From: Macrostomum lignano
Taxonomy: Eukaryota
DNA length: 64,000 bases
NCBI GenBank assembly: GCA_002269645.1
Contig: NIVC01002250.1
Location: 84,133 to 148,132 of the forward strand
Reading direction: 5' to 3'
A model generated the notes under the pieces. It was not told the DNA's origin. It did not search any database and worked only from the letters and a program-made list of their open reading frames with translations. This document shows positions 1-13,400 of the stretch, in pieces; within the stretch, counting starts at the first letter, position 1, and the number at the start of each line of letters is the position of its first letter. Both the position numbers and the translations under genes were made by a program.

Positions 1-364
1 ATAATTAGAAGAAAAGAGCGCGCACATGACAAAATTTAAGATTATTAACAAGGAAATTAATGACTCAGTAAAAAACTAAAACCGGAACAGGTATAGGGAG
101 ACCTATTGTCGTAGCACAACACGTACATATAGCAACTATTATAACACGTAGTAATTAATGATGCATTATAGTCGTACGAAGATTACAGTATCAAATATAA
201 ATTTTTGAAAAAAATGTTCCATTAGCTGCAAGCATGAATAATAAATTATTAATTAACAATAGCAAAAAATGCCAATTAGACAATAAAATAAAAATGTTCG
301 CAAAGTACTTTAAACAGAGCAGCAAAAGTGCAGCAGTAGCATTCGGATTTTATAATAAATGAAC

Positions 365-1698
365 TCAGGGCATCTCGGGCAGCAGCAGGGCACTCTGAGA
401 GCCGCAGGCGCCGGCCTCCAAATGCTCAGCCATATTGTCGCCAGAGTCGGTTGCAAATCCGCAAGTCGGGCAATAGAAATCGCCCAAGCCGTCTTCATTC
501 TTGTCGGCGCTGTCGTCAGTTTCCATGGCAACCGGCGGTGTAGCGGCGGCGGAAGCGTGGCTAGCAACGTGCCGCTGGTAGGCGGGCCCGCAGCAGGTGG
601 CGTAGCGGCACTGGCCAGCAGTGCAGGGCACATAGTGCCGATGGTCGGGGCCGTTCAGAGGCCGGCGACACTCCAGACAGAGCATGGCGCTGTCCAGGTG
701 AGGCGGCAAAGCGACGCCGCTGAGATCGCGGGCCGTTTCAGCTGGGGCGGCGTTCAGCGACTTCAGCTGCTGCGACGAGCCGGGGCCTTTCTGCAGAGCG
801 AGTAGAATGTCAAGAAAGAGACCTTCTTTGACACTCACCAAGATTCTAATTAATTATCTCAGTATTATAACTAACAACCTCAGTATTGTAATCGATAATC
901 TTAGTATTCTACTAATCGATAATCTCAATATCCTAATCGATAATCTCAGTATACTAATCGATAATCTTATTATCCTAATCGATAATCTCAATATCCGAAT
1001 CGATAATCTCAGTATCCCAATCGATAATCCCAGTATTCTAATGGATAATCTCAGTATCCCATTTGATTATCTCAGTATCACAATTGATAATCTCAGTATC
1101 CCATTCGATTATCTCAGTATCACAATTGATAATCTCAGTATCTTAATCGATAATCTCAGTATCACAATCGATAATCTTAGTATCACAATCGATAATCTCA
1201 GTATCCTAATTGATAATCTTAGTATCCTAATCGATAATCTCAGTATCACAATCGATAAGCTCAGTATCCTTATCGATAGTCTCATTATCCCAATCGATCA
1301 TCTCAGTATCCTACTCGACAATCCCAGGATTTAATCTACTAAACTCAATTATGGAGAATCCTATGATCCTGATTAATAATTAAATATACAAATCTGAGTC
1401 TAATTTGTCAGTTCATCGCAAGGGCACTAATACGATCTTACTTGGCTGGCCATACGTGAAAAGCTGAAGTTAGAGCTCTCAAAGAACAGCCTTAGAAAAA
1501 AACAGCCTTAGATCATTTAACAGAGGAAGTGAACTGCTGCAAGTGAAAATGCGCACAACATGCATAAGAATTCTATTTGGACAGCTGATTTGGCACTTAA
1601 ATCTGACGTTAAATCCAGCTAACTCGACAGAGTTGAGGTGGGGGGGGGAGAAAGTTAGGAATAAATTGAGAAATTTTTTGAAATGCAATATATAGAGT

Positions 1699-1730
<32 letters not shown>

Positions 1731-4599
1731 CAGTAACACCCAGGGAGGAACTGGAACACCCAATATGGAACTGTAACACCCACCAAGGATTTGTAACACC
1801 CACCAAGGACCTGTCACACCCACCAAGGAACTGTAACACCCACCAAGGACTTGTAACACCCACCAAAGACCTGTAACACCCACCAAGGAACTGTAACACC
1901 CACCAAGGACCTGTAACACCCACCAAGGAACTGTAACACCCACCAAGGACCTGTAACACCCACCAAGGAACTGTAACACCCACCAAAGACCTGTAACACC
2001 CACCAAGGAACTGTAACACCCACCAAGGACCTGTAACACCCACCAAGGAACTGTAACACCCACCAAGGACCTGTAACACCCACTAAGGACCTTTAACACC
2101 CACCAAGGACCTGCAACACCCACCAAAGACCTGTAACACCCACCAAGGAACTGTAACACCCACCAAGGACCTGTAACACCTACTAAGGACCTAGCGCAGA
2201 AGCAAGCAACCAACCTGAGGCGAGGCAGACTGCTGGTGCTGTTCCAAGTCCTCGAGCTGCTGCAGATCTCCAGGCCGATGGTCCAGCTGCTGGTGCATGT
2301 TCAAATCTGATTTAGTAACAAAGCTCAACTGGCACTGGTTGCACCGTTTGCCGCTACTAGAAGCAGCAGCAGCAGAAGAAGAATTATCGTCGTCAAAGTG
2401 GCGCTGCAGATGCTGGGTGAACACGCCGGTGAGGCCGCTAGAATCGCCGCCGATCGCCCCAGGTGCGTAGGCCGCGCCAGACGAGCTGGGGAAAGTGATT
2501 CGGATAGCTTTGAGACAGAGCGGGCACAGCAGGTGTGGCGAGGCGGCGTGCATCCGGCAGAAGTGAGTCAGGATGTCGCGCAGTACGCTAGTCCGGAAGC
2601 TGCACAGCTGGCAGGCGTAAGGCATCTGCCTGCGCAGGTGGCGAGTCCGCATGTGCCTGGCGAACTGCTCCGTATTGGCGAACTCTCTGTCGCATACGCG
2701 GCACAGTTTTCGGCCAGCCGGAGTCAGGTGCGAATCCGCTCGATGCTCGGCCAGCTGGTAGTGTCCGGCAAAGGTGGCCGGACAGGCCGGACAGCGGACA
2801 ATCTCGGTCGAGCAGTCTTGCAGCAGAGCCGAAACCGACTGCGAAGCCGGCTCAAAATGGCCGAGAATGTGCCGAACTGTGCTCAAATTCGAATATAGAA
2901 TCTTTGAGCACAGGTGGCAACGGAAGCGAAGGTCCTGACGTGGCTCCGGCTGGGAGGCCTGCTGGCACTCCTGCCTGGCGAAGTAGTACACGTCTAGGGC
3001 CACCAGCACCTGCGAGAGGTTGGATAATATCATTTCGAATCGATAGGCCTAAAATTACTGCCAGAATCCTTCCTACCCATGATTGTACATGAAATTTACG
3101 TCGTATTCCATATTTGTATATGGCTTTCACATTATATCTCATATCTGTACATGACTTTCACATTATATCCCATATTTGTACATGACTTTCACATTATATC
3201 CCATATCTGTACATGACTTCCACATTATATCCCATATTTGTACATGGCTTTTACATTATATCCCATATTTGTACATGACTTTCACATTATATCCCATATC
3301 TGTACATGACTTTCACATTATATCCCATATTTGTACATGACTTTCACATTATATCCCATATCTGTACATGAATTTCACATTATATCCCATACTCGTATTT
3401 GTACATTACTTTTACATTATATCCCTATTTGTATATGACTTTCACATCCTATCCTGAATGCATTTGAAAAGTTAGCCGCAGACCATTTATTGACATACAG
3501 TCGCACTCACCGTATTGCCATCCTGATCGCACGGATTCTGAGAGTCGTGCACGTACAATTGATTTGGATCGTCGCCAAAAGTGACAATTTCGATGCCTTC
3601 TTCTAGTAGGGGAAGGCCCTCTTCGTCAGCTGCCGATTCCGCTTGTGTAGCAGCGACAGCCTCCGAGCCCTGCGGGGAGGGAATGCAAGATTCGGGTTGT
3701 GGAGATTCCAAGATTCTGGATAGAGATCCCAAGATTCCGGATAGAGGTCCCGAGATTCGGATAGATATCCCAAGATTCGGGATATAGATCCCATGATTAG
3801 GGATAGAGATCCCAAGATTCGGGATATAGATCCCATGATTAGGGATAGAGATCCCAAGATTAGGGATAGAGATCCCATGATTAGGGATAGAGATCCCAAG
3901 ATTCGGATAGCGATCCCAATATCAGATTTGTTGACAAACCTTTGCGGCAGACTGAGCAGCAGCGGCGGCAGCAGCAGCGGCAGCGGCGGCGGCTGCAGCG
4001 TCAGCCTCGGCGCTGGCGAGCTGGCGGAGCTCAGCCGCGGTGGCAACCCGAACTCCGGGCGGCAGCGGATCGGTGAGGCCGGCAACCCGGCCCTGGACCA
4101 ACAAGCCGTTATGCTTGGGCCGCTGCACGCAGCTGGAGATGTGAATCGCTCCCTGATCCCTATGCTGGAAGGCGGATTCGGCCAAATCCAGAGCCTGGTG
4201 CTCTTCATCGCCGACGCCCAGTCCGGCTAGGGCGCCTTTGACCGGGCTGGACCGCTGCGCCTGTCGCTGGCAGATGACGGCTGGCGCGCCATCTTCAGTC
4301 AGCAGCCGGTCCAGTCGCCAGTCCTGCTGAGCTAGAGCTTCGTGAGCAGCTGCTACGCCAGCGTGAGCTAGTACGCCAAGCGAACTAGTCAGCAGAAGGC
4401 CGTTGGCATCTGTGGCGGCCTCCTCGGCGGTGCCGACAACATTCACAGCCTCGGCTAGGGGTCGCATGCCGGATTGAAAACGCTCCAGATTGGCTCTGCG
4501 CCTATCCAGCTCTTGCAGTTGAATGTCTGACAGGGGCTCCTCTTCGCATGTCATTGTGAGACTGCGGCCAACGCCGCGTAGCACCTGCGGCAGCAGCAT
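365..4599 (-). CDS. POGZ/ZNF280-like C2H2 zinc-finger protein, 4 coding exons (4599-3940, 3669-3511, 3009-2215, 790-365), about 679 aa
   Basis: Four ORF pieces join via GT-AG introns, all phase 0. Multiple C2H2 fingers. The motifs MPYACQLCSFRTS, LLCPLCLKAIRI and CRYATCCGPAYQRHVASH resemble the conserved POGZ/ZNF280 finger cluster as I recall it. No transposase domain follows. Additional upstream exons cannot be excluded. Confidence 0.8.
860..1330. repeat. Intronic minisatellite, about 21-nt unit (ATCGATAATCTCAGTATCCTA)
   Basis: Directly visible tandem array; it produces the spurious IDNLSI ORF at 807..1334. Confidence 0.95.
1698..2190. repeat. Short (CTAA)n run followed by a 20-nt minisatellite (CTGTAACACCCACCAAGGAC/A)
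   Basis: Visible tandem array ending about 25 nt from the donor of zinc-finger exon 3. Confidence 0.95.
3080..3450. repeat. Intronic 31-nt minisatellite (ATATTTGTACATGACTTTCACATTATATCCC)
   Basis: Period 31 checked at 3141/3172/3203. Confidence 0.95.
3705..3920. repeat. Intronic 21-nt minisatellite with an internal palindrome (GGGAT-N4-ATCCC)
   Basis: Units such as GGGATATAGATCCCATGATTA and GGGATAGAGATCCCAAGATTC fill most of the 270-nt intron. Confidence 0.9.
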
Positions 4600-4719
4600 G
4601 GCTGTGCTGAGCTAGCAGTGCAGAGATGGGGAGAGATATGGAATATGAGGACGGTTTTATGGTCTTATAACATACGTGCAATGGGCATAAATAAATAAAT
4701 AACCTAATGATTCTAGAAG

Positions 4720-5415
4720 AGCAGGGATATACCCCATGGTGCTAATAGAGTAAAGTATGGCAATACCCATGATCCTAATATAGTACAGCATAGCAATACC
4801 CCATGAAGTATAGCAATACCCCATGATTCTAATATAGTAGAGTATAACAATACCCCATGACCGAAAAAAGTGTGGCAAAATACTCCATGATCCTAAAATT
4901 GTAGCAAAATACCCTATGAGCCAGAATAGCATGGCCAGAATACTCCATGATCCAGAATAGTATGGCAAGAATACCCCATGATCCAGAATAGTATGGCAAG
5001 AATGCTCCATGATCCTGATTAGTATGGCAAGAATACTCTATAATCCAGAATAGAATGGCAAGAATACCCCATGATCCAGAATAGTATGGCAAGAATACCC
5101 CATGATCCAGAATAGTATGGCAAGAATACCCCATGATCCAGAATAGTATGGCAAGAATACCCCATGATCCAGAATAGTATGGCAAGAATACCCCATGATC
5201 CAGAATAGTATGGCAAGAATACCCCATGATCCAGAATAGTATGGCAAGAATACCCCATGATCCAGAATAGTATGGCAAGAATACCCCATGATCCAGAATA
5301 GTATGGCAAGAATACCCCATGATCCAGAATAGTATGGCAAGAATACCCCATGATCCAGAATAGTATGGCAGGAATACCCCATGATCCAGATTAGTATGGC
5401 AAGAATACCCCATGC
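4720..5415. repeat. 31-nt minisatellite (GAATACCCCATGATCCAGAATAGTATGGCAA), degenerate at the left end
   Basis: Period 31 checked at 5101/5132. Confidence 0.95.
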
Positions 5416-7419
5416 AACATAAAACAGTATGTCATTTACCCATACTACTAAGTTGGCATGCACCACGCATGAAAATAGGCGAAGGCAAAGGCCAGTATTT
5501 TAAGGATAAATAGACAGTCAACTCTAATTTATTTAGTTATTATGATTACTAATGTAGTCCTTCGGCGAGGCAAAATAAGAATTATTCGGTACTAAACTAT
5601 ACAAATAAATTAGCGGGTTAGGAAAAGGAAATCATTAATGGATTAATTGATTATTGCTAAACTATGCTGCTGTCTATAGGTAGAGCGGCTACTACGTTAA
5701 GAAAGTTAAACTAAATTATAAATTATAACAAATTCTAACGGGCGCGAAAAAGATGATTGGATGAACTATCATAAAAAAATGTTTTCAAAAAATCACACAC
5801 TCTGTTTAATAGATTATAATCATAATAGGGGGAAAGCGATTCATAAATAGATATTCTACATATATTATAAGCTACAACATGAGCAGTGTGAGCACACTAG
5901 AGTTTTTCTACCAATTTAAATTATCTGTTCAACCCAACAAGCCGCTACTTAGAATTTGTTATTCGTAAGACATGCCAGCGGAGAGCCGATTCTTGCATAG
6001 AAAGAAATAAAAAAAACACACAATATTACTTAGGCAAACACAACTTATACGAGTAGATTATATATACTACTAAAGACCACAAGCCAATGAGTAGTGTAGA
6101 AAAAAGTGCGATTTTTTTGTTTAAAAATGGCTAATTGTTTTTATGATGAAAAAAAGTTAAATTGAACAATTTTTTTTGTTTTAATCGATGGATGTAAAAT
6201 GAGGAAAATGTGTTTTTCGATAACAGAAGAGACAAAAAATGATTTTGATTTGTTATAAAAACAGTATTTAAATTTCACTGGTCAAATGTTCATCCGCTCG
6301 CTAGCGACAGTTTCTGCTTTAGAAACCACAGTTTAGCGGGCACCGGGCAGTGTGGTCTGTTGAAATTTGTAGCTTATAATTGTTCTAATGATTGAATTAA
6401 ATAGATCAAGATTAGTTAAGCCTCGTGTGTACATTTATGAGAACAGTAGATGAGTTACCAAGAAGAAGTTATTGAAAAAAATGACTTCACATAACAGTAT
6501 AACAGCTTTTTATTTTAGTCTGAGACAGACAAAAATTGAAGGCAACTCCGCTTGGCAATGTCTTTCTAAAGTATCCTCAATAATCTTATTAACACCTGTA
6601 ATTTTGTCTAGAGAGAATTCCAACCTGTGCTCACAACTGAAGTTGTTTAAAAAACGAACAAAAAACACACAACAGAAGAAAATTTGCAAATCCTACAGAT
6701 ATTTACTAATTAGTAAGGTGAATAAATAATCACCATTATATGATCCGCACTCTAGCTATAATCTACGAGTATGAAATCTAAGCAAAACAACTACAACTAA
6801 AATGTGCCAATCAAAAGGTTGACAGGCAAGCAGGAAATAAAAAAGCAACACTATGGATGAAATATGAAAGATAGAAACTATTGTATGAGCGTAGTTATAC
6901 GCGATAAACACATGGGGGAAGCAAGGCTCAAGTTAGGATGCCGTATAGACATGACCAATTACATTTTTGTAAAAATTCATAACCTAAAAAGCTATTTTTC
7001 AAAAATTTTATTGAACTAAACTACATGTATATAGTCATTAGTACTAGGAGAGGTGGTAAGACACGTGGTGCTCCTGTAGATTTCAGACTGGGAGTTGATA
7101 GGTTAGCAAGTTTTCGAATTAGAGAAAAAAACCACAGATCCTAAAACACTCGATTGGTCCCGATTTATGCTACTTTCTTTAGTCTATAGCAGCATATAGA
7201 GTGCAAATAGCTGTCGGATTTTGCGACAAGACCTCAGACTTGTCACAGTTAGAGCAGGAAGCTCGTTGGACCAACGCTGGTTTTAGTATCTGTGATGAAA
7301 AAAACACTAATTTACTTTTATAGGGCCAAGTAGAGGCGCTAAAGTTCAAAACTGAAAAAATTTTCTATTCTACCGCAAAGCGTCAATTTCTAGCCGACAA
7401 AAAAGAGCTTGTCGTCCTT

Positions 7420-10400
7420 TTACTTCGCCCCTTTCTTGTTGCCAGCGGCGGCAACAGCGGCTGCGGCAGCTTCGTCGCTAAGCGGCTTCTCGTGCGGGGC
7501 CGGCAACTTAATGCCGTGCGGATCAACGCCCCAGATGTCCTTGGCGTACTCCATGATGGTGCGATCAGACGAGAACTTTCCAGACGCGGCGATATTGAGC
7601 AGGCTCATTTTCGCCCACTTGTTCGTGTCCTGTCGGTGATTGGTGTTTTTGGTTGGGAACTAAATCGTGTATGATTTACAGTACATACTACTTCTCTTGT
7701 AAACAAGAAGTAATGTATAGCGAAAGTGGAATTTGCACAATTGATGCAACATAGACGTTAAAAGATATCAAAAACAGCGCATTTAATTTCTATATACTGG
7801 CACTGGAATCTGGTTCCGTGGTGCCTGTCCATATGCCAGATAAACAAGATCACAACTGTATCAAGACACAAAAATACAAACACACATAAGCAGTATTATC
7901 ACTATATCAGCAGTAGAAAAGACAATTGTGTACTTTAAAAACGGCCGACAGAACTGCATGCAGAAACCTATATATGCTAGTAGCGTGGAGCCATGCAAAC
8001 GTTAAATGTCGTGAAAGGCTGTTCGTTGGCTTGCAGGTACAGATAGAGAGAGGGGAGAGAGATAGAGGGGAGGAGGAGCGAGAAAATAGAGTGCTGGCTG
8101 TACGTACTTTTTAAGCTACAGTTGAGGTAAACTGCATTAGCCTAGACAAGCAATGAATTCAGTCTGCGATGCCACCCGTAGGCTGGGCAGAATAGAATAA
8201 GAAGAATATAAGAGAGAGAATTTGCAATGTTTTGGAATTATGAGAGCAAAAAATAAGCATTGTATACAGCACTATAAACTGCTGATGGCTGACATGTTAG
8301 GGTACCTGGCTGGATAAGATGAGACTAAAACACATGCGTCGTACAGTGCGCACTAGTAATGAATGAACCGCAACTTGCGTGAATTTGTCATTTGTAGGCT
8401 TTTTATTAGCAACATTAACCAACTCTAGCCATAACTATTTACTCTCTCCTCGCCGGCCTAAGCTGGGGCATTGCCGACCCCCAGTTGAGACGAGAAGAAC
8501 CACTGGCTTAGTGTGAGTTGCGTCACTTGGGGCTGAGATCTGAGCAAGTTTGACCACTGGTTTCGAGGTGGAAACTTTAACAGGTTGCCGAGTGTACACA
8601 GTAACTATCTGTGTTTAAAAGCATAACAGGGTCTCCAGTTAGCCAATATATGGTTTTGGCAGTCAAACAGTTCAATAATCATGAAGGGATGTACTTAATG
8701 ACCTTGAAGGGGTACTCAGCTACTATGAAGGTGTACTCAATCATCATGAAGATGTACTTGTTTATCATGAAGGGTACTCAATGATCATGAAGGGGTACTC
8801 AATGATCATGTCATGAAGGGGTACTCAATGATCATGTCATGAAGGGGTACTCAATGATCATGTCATGAAGGGGTACTCAATGATCATGTCATGAAGGGGT
8901 ACTCAATGATCATGTCATGAAGGGGTACTCAATGATCATGTCATGAAGGGGTACTCAATGATCATGAAGGATACTCAATGATCATGAAGGGGTACTCAAT
9001 GATCATGTCATGAAGGGGTACTCAATGATCATGTCATGAAGGGGTACTCAATGATCATGAAGGGGTACTCAATGATCATGAAGGGGTACTCAATGATCAT
9101 GTCATGAAGGGGTACTCAATGATCATGAAGGATACTCAATGGTCATGAAGGGATACTCAATGATCATGAAGGGGTACTCAATGATCATGTCATGAAGGGG
9201 TACTCAATGATCATGTCATGAAGGGGTACTCAATGATCATGTCATGAAGGGGTACTCAATGATCATGAAGGGGTACTCAATGATCATGTCATGAAGGGGT
9301 ACTCAATGATCATGTCATGAAGGGGTACTCAATGATCATGTCATGAAGGGGTACTCAATGATCATGAAGGGGTACTCAATGATCATGTCATGAAGGGGTA
9401 CTCAATGATCATGAAGGATACTCAATGATCATGTCATGAAGGGGTACTCAATGATCATGTGATGAAGGGGTACTCAATGGTCATGTCATGAAGGGGCACT
9501 CAATGATCATGAAGGGACGAAACAGGATGCGTTAGAACTCACCATGTAGGTGGCGGACACCACATCCTGAGCCCGCATATAGTCCTCATAGTCGGCCAGG
9601 AGCATGAAGCGATCGTGGTTCACCAAATTGTTGTAAATTTCTTGAAACAAAGCAGGATTCTCCGGCGAGAAAGCGCCATCCCGGATCATGTCCAGGCAGC
9701 GGCGCAGCTCGCCATTCTTCTCGTAGTATTCACGCGGTTTATAGCCGCGCTGGCCTAGCTCCTTGACTTGATCAACTGACATGCCGAATACGAACATATT
9801 CTCGCGGCCCATCTCTTCGCACATTTCAACATTGGCGCCGTCCATTGTGCCAATAGTCAGGGCTCCGTTTAGCATGAATTTCATGTTGCCGGTGCCAGAA
9901 GCCTCGGTGCCGGCTGTGCTAATCTGCTGGGACAGATCGGCTGCCGGGAAGATCTTCTCGGCCAGACTGACTCGATAGTTTTCTAGGTATACAACCCGAA
10001 GTCGCTTGCCAACAATGGGATCGTTGTTGACGACCCGGCCGACCGAATTGATGAGCTTGATGATCAGCTTGGCCATGTGGTAGCCTGGAGCGGCCTTGCC
10101 GCCGATCATGACAGTCCTGGGCGCGTGCTTGCCCTGCGGATTGTCTCTGATGCGATTGTACTGCGTGATCACGTACAGGCAGTTGAGCAGCTGGCGCTTG
10201 TACTCGTGAATGCGCTTCACCTGCGAATTAAGGGCGGCGGATGAGGCATCAAATGCTGCTGAGATTCTCAAGGGTTTCAAGGGAATTTCCAGGATCAACT
10301 ATGGCTTCTACGGGAATTTCTATGATTGATTATGGCTTCTACGGGAATTTCTATGATTGATTATGGCTTCTATGGGAATTTCTATGATTGATTATAACTT

Positions 10401-13400
10401 CTACGGGAATTTCTATGATTGATTATGGCTTCTATGGGAATTTCTATGATTGATTATGGCTTCTATGGGAATTTCTATGATTGATTATGGCTTCTATGGG
10501 AATTTCTATGATTGATTATGGCTTCATGGATATTTCTATGATTGATTATGGCTTCTACGGGAATTTCTATGATTGATTATGGCTTCTATGGGAATTTCTA
10601 TGATTGATTATGGCTTCTACGGGAATTTCTATGATTGATTATGGCTTCTACGGGAATTTCTATGATTGATTATGGCTTTATGGATATTTCTATGATTGAT
10701 TATGGCTTTATGGATATTTCTATGATTGATTATGGCTTCTATGGGAATTTCTATGATTGATTATGGCTTCTATGGGAATTTCTATGATTGATTATGGCTT
10801 CATGGATATTTCTGGGATCGACTAGGGCTTCAGTGGAATTTCTGGGATCGACTAGGGCTTCAGTGGAATTTCTGGGATCGACTAGGGCTTCAGTGGAATT
10901 TCTGGGATCCACTAGGGCTTCAGGGAAATTGGTGAGATAAGCTAAAACTTCAGCGTTCTCAGGAGATTGGTTTCCAAGTTTCCAATTGTTTCGTCTATAA
11001 ATAACAAGATTTATAGAACAGGGAACTTGAGCACATTGAGAACAAATGGCGGCTATAAGATTATAAGTAAAACAAACCTGTATGTCAAACATGCTCGAAG
11101 GGTCGACCTTGATCTTGAACTCGCGGTCAATATATTCGGCAAACTTGCGTTTATTCTGATCCTTAACCTTCATTAGTTCGCGCAAGAAATTCTGATCATT
11201 TTGCAGCGACTCCAGGCCGCGCAGTTTGAACAGATCGGTGACCCAGTCGAATCCAATCTTCTCAGTGATAAGCTCAGACAGGTTGGGGTTGCACAGCAGC
11301 AGCCAACGCCTAGGCGTGATTCCGTTAGTCTTGTTCTGGAACTTCTCCGGCCACATGGCGTAGAAATCGCGGAACACGTCAGATTTGATGAGCTCAGAGT
11401 GGATCCGGGCAACGCCATTCACAGCGTGGCTGCCAACCACGCACAGGTAGGCCATGTTGATGCGCTTGTCGCCGTCCTCCTCAACTAGGCTCATCCGGCG
11501 AACGCGGTCCATGTCGCCGGGGAATTTTTCCAGCACAAGATGGATGAAGCGCTGGTTGATATCGTAGATAATCTCCAGGTGACGGGGCAGGCAGTACTGC
11601 AGGGTGGCAACTGGCCAGCGCTCCAGAGCCTCGGGCAGGATAGTGTGATTAGTATAGGCGAAGGTCTTCACGCAGATGTCCCAGGCCTCCTCCCATTTCA
11701 GGCCTTCAATGTCAACAAGCACCCGCATGAGCTCGGGTATGGCCAGGCTGGGATGCGTGTCATTCAGCTGGATGGCCACCTTGTCCGGGAAGGCGGTAAA
11801 GTCCGTGCGCACGTGAGCGGTTGAGCCAAATTTCGAGGCCTTGAATCGGCGAATGATGTCCTGCAGGGTGGAGGCGACTAAGAAGTACTCCTGTTTGAGA
11901 CGGAGCTCCTTGCCTTCGAAGAAGTTATCGTTTGGATAGAGCACTCGGCTGATGTTCTCGGCTTCGTTGCGGTCGCACACGGCCGAGATGTACTCACCGG
12001 AGTTAAATGAGTGCAGATTGAAGCTCTGCGGAGCTTTGGCTGTCCACAGGCGCAGCGTGTTGCAGTTGTTATTGCCGTAGCTGGGAGGGGTGGAGGGCAT
12101 TTATTATTAGCCAATCAGTTTCTATCACCAAGGATTTCTAAAGTATTCAGACTTTACTTAGGGAGTCAATGGGTTTTTTGTTAGTCAATGTACTGAGGGA
12201 ATTGATCAGATATAGTCAAGGAACCAAGGGGAATTGATCAGATATAGTCAAGGAACCAAGGGGAATTGATCAGATATAGTCAAGGAACCAAGGGGAATTG
12301 ATCAGATATAGTCAAGGAACCAAGGGGAATTGATCAGATATAGTCAAGGAACCAAGGGGAATTGATCAGATATTGTCAAGGAACCAAGGGGAATTGATCA
12401 GATATAGTCAAGGAACCAAGGGGAATTGATCAGATATAGTCAAGGAACCAAGGGGAATTGATCAGATATAGTCAAGGAACCAAGGGGAATTGATCAGATA
12501 TAGTCAAGGAACCAAGGGGAATTGATCAGATATAGTCAAGGAACCAAGGGGAATTGATCAGATATAGTCAAGGAACCAAGGGGAATTGATCAGATATAGT
12601 CAAGGAACCAAGGGGAATTGATCAGATATAGTCAAGGAACTGGGGGGAATTGATCAGATATAGTCAAGGAACCGAGGGGAATTGATCAGATATAGTCAAG
12701 GAACCAAGGGGAATTGATCAGATATAGTCAAAAGGAACCGAGGGGAATTGATCAGATATTGTCAAAAGGAACCAAGGGGAATTCATCAGATATAGTCAAA
12801 AGGAACCGAGGGGAATTGATCAGATATTGTCAAGGAACCAAGGGGAATTGATCAGATATAGTCAAGGAACCAAGGGGAATTGATCAGATATAGTCAAGGA
12901 ACCAAGGGGAATTGATCAGATATAGTCAAAAGGAACCGAGGGGAATTGATCAGATATAGTCAAGGAACCAAGGGGAATTGATCAGATATAGTCAAGGAAC
13001 CAAGGGGAATTGATCAGATATAGTTCTGCGGAGCTTTGGCTGTCCACAGACGCAGCGTGTTGCAGTTGTTATTGCCGTAGCTGGGAGGGGTGGAGGGCAT
13101 TTATTATTAGCCAATCAGTTTTTATCACCAAGGATTTCTAAAGTATTCAGACTTTACTTAGGGAGTCAATGGGTTTTTTGTTAGTCAATGTACTGAGGGA
13201 ATTGATCAGATATAGTCAAGGAACCAAGGGGAATTGATCAGATATAGTCAAGGAACCAAGGGGAATTGATCAGATATAGTCAAGGAACCAAGGGGAATTG
13301 ATCAGATATAGTCAAAAGGAACCGAGGGGAATTGATCAGATATAGTCAAGGAACCAAGGGGAATTGATCAGATATAGTCAAGGAACCAAGGGGAATTGAT

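Noticed and set aside
807-5466. Long repetitive ORFs (IDNLSI, GPWWVLQ, IRDRDPK, MGYSCHT types)
   Set aside because: They are stop-free translations of intronic or upstream minisatellites and overlap introns of the real minus-strand gene.
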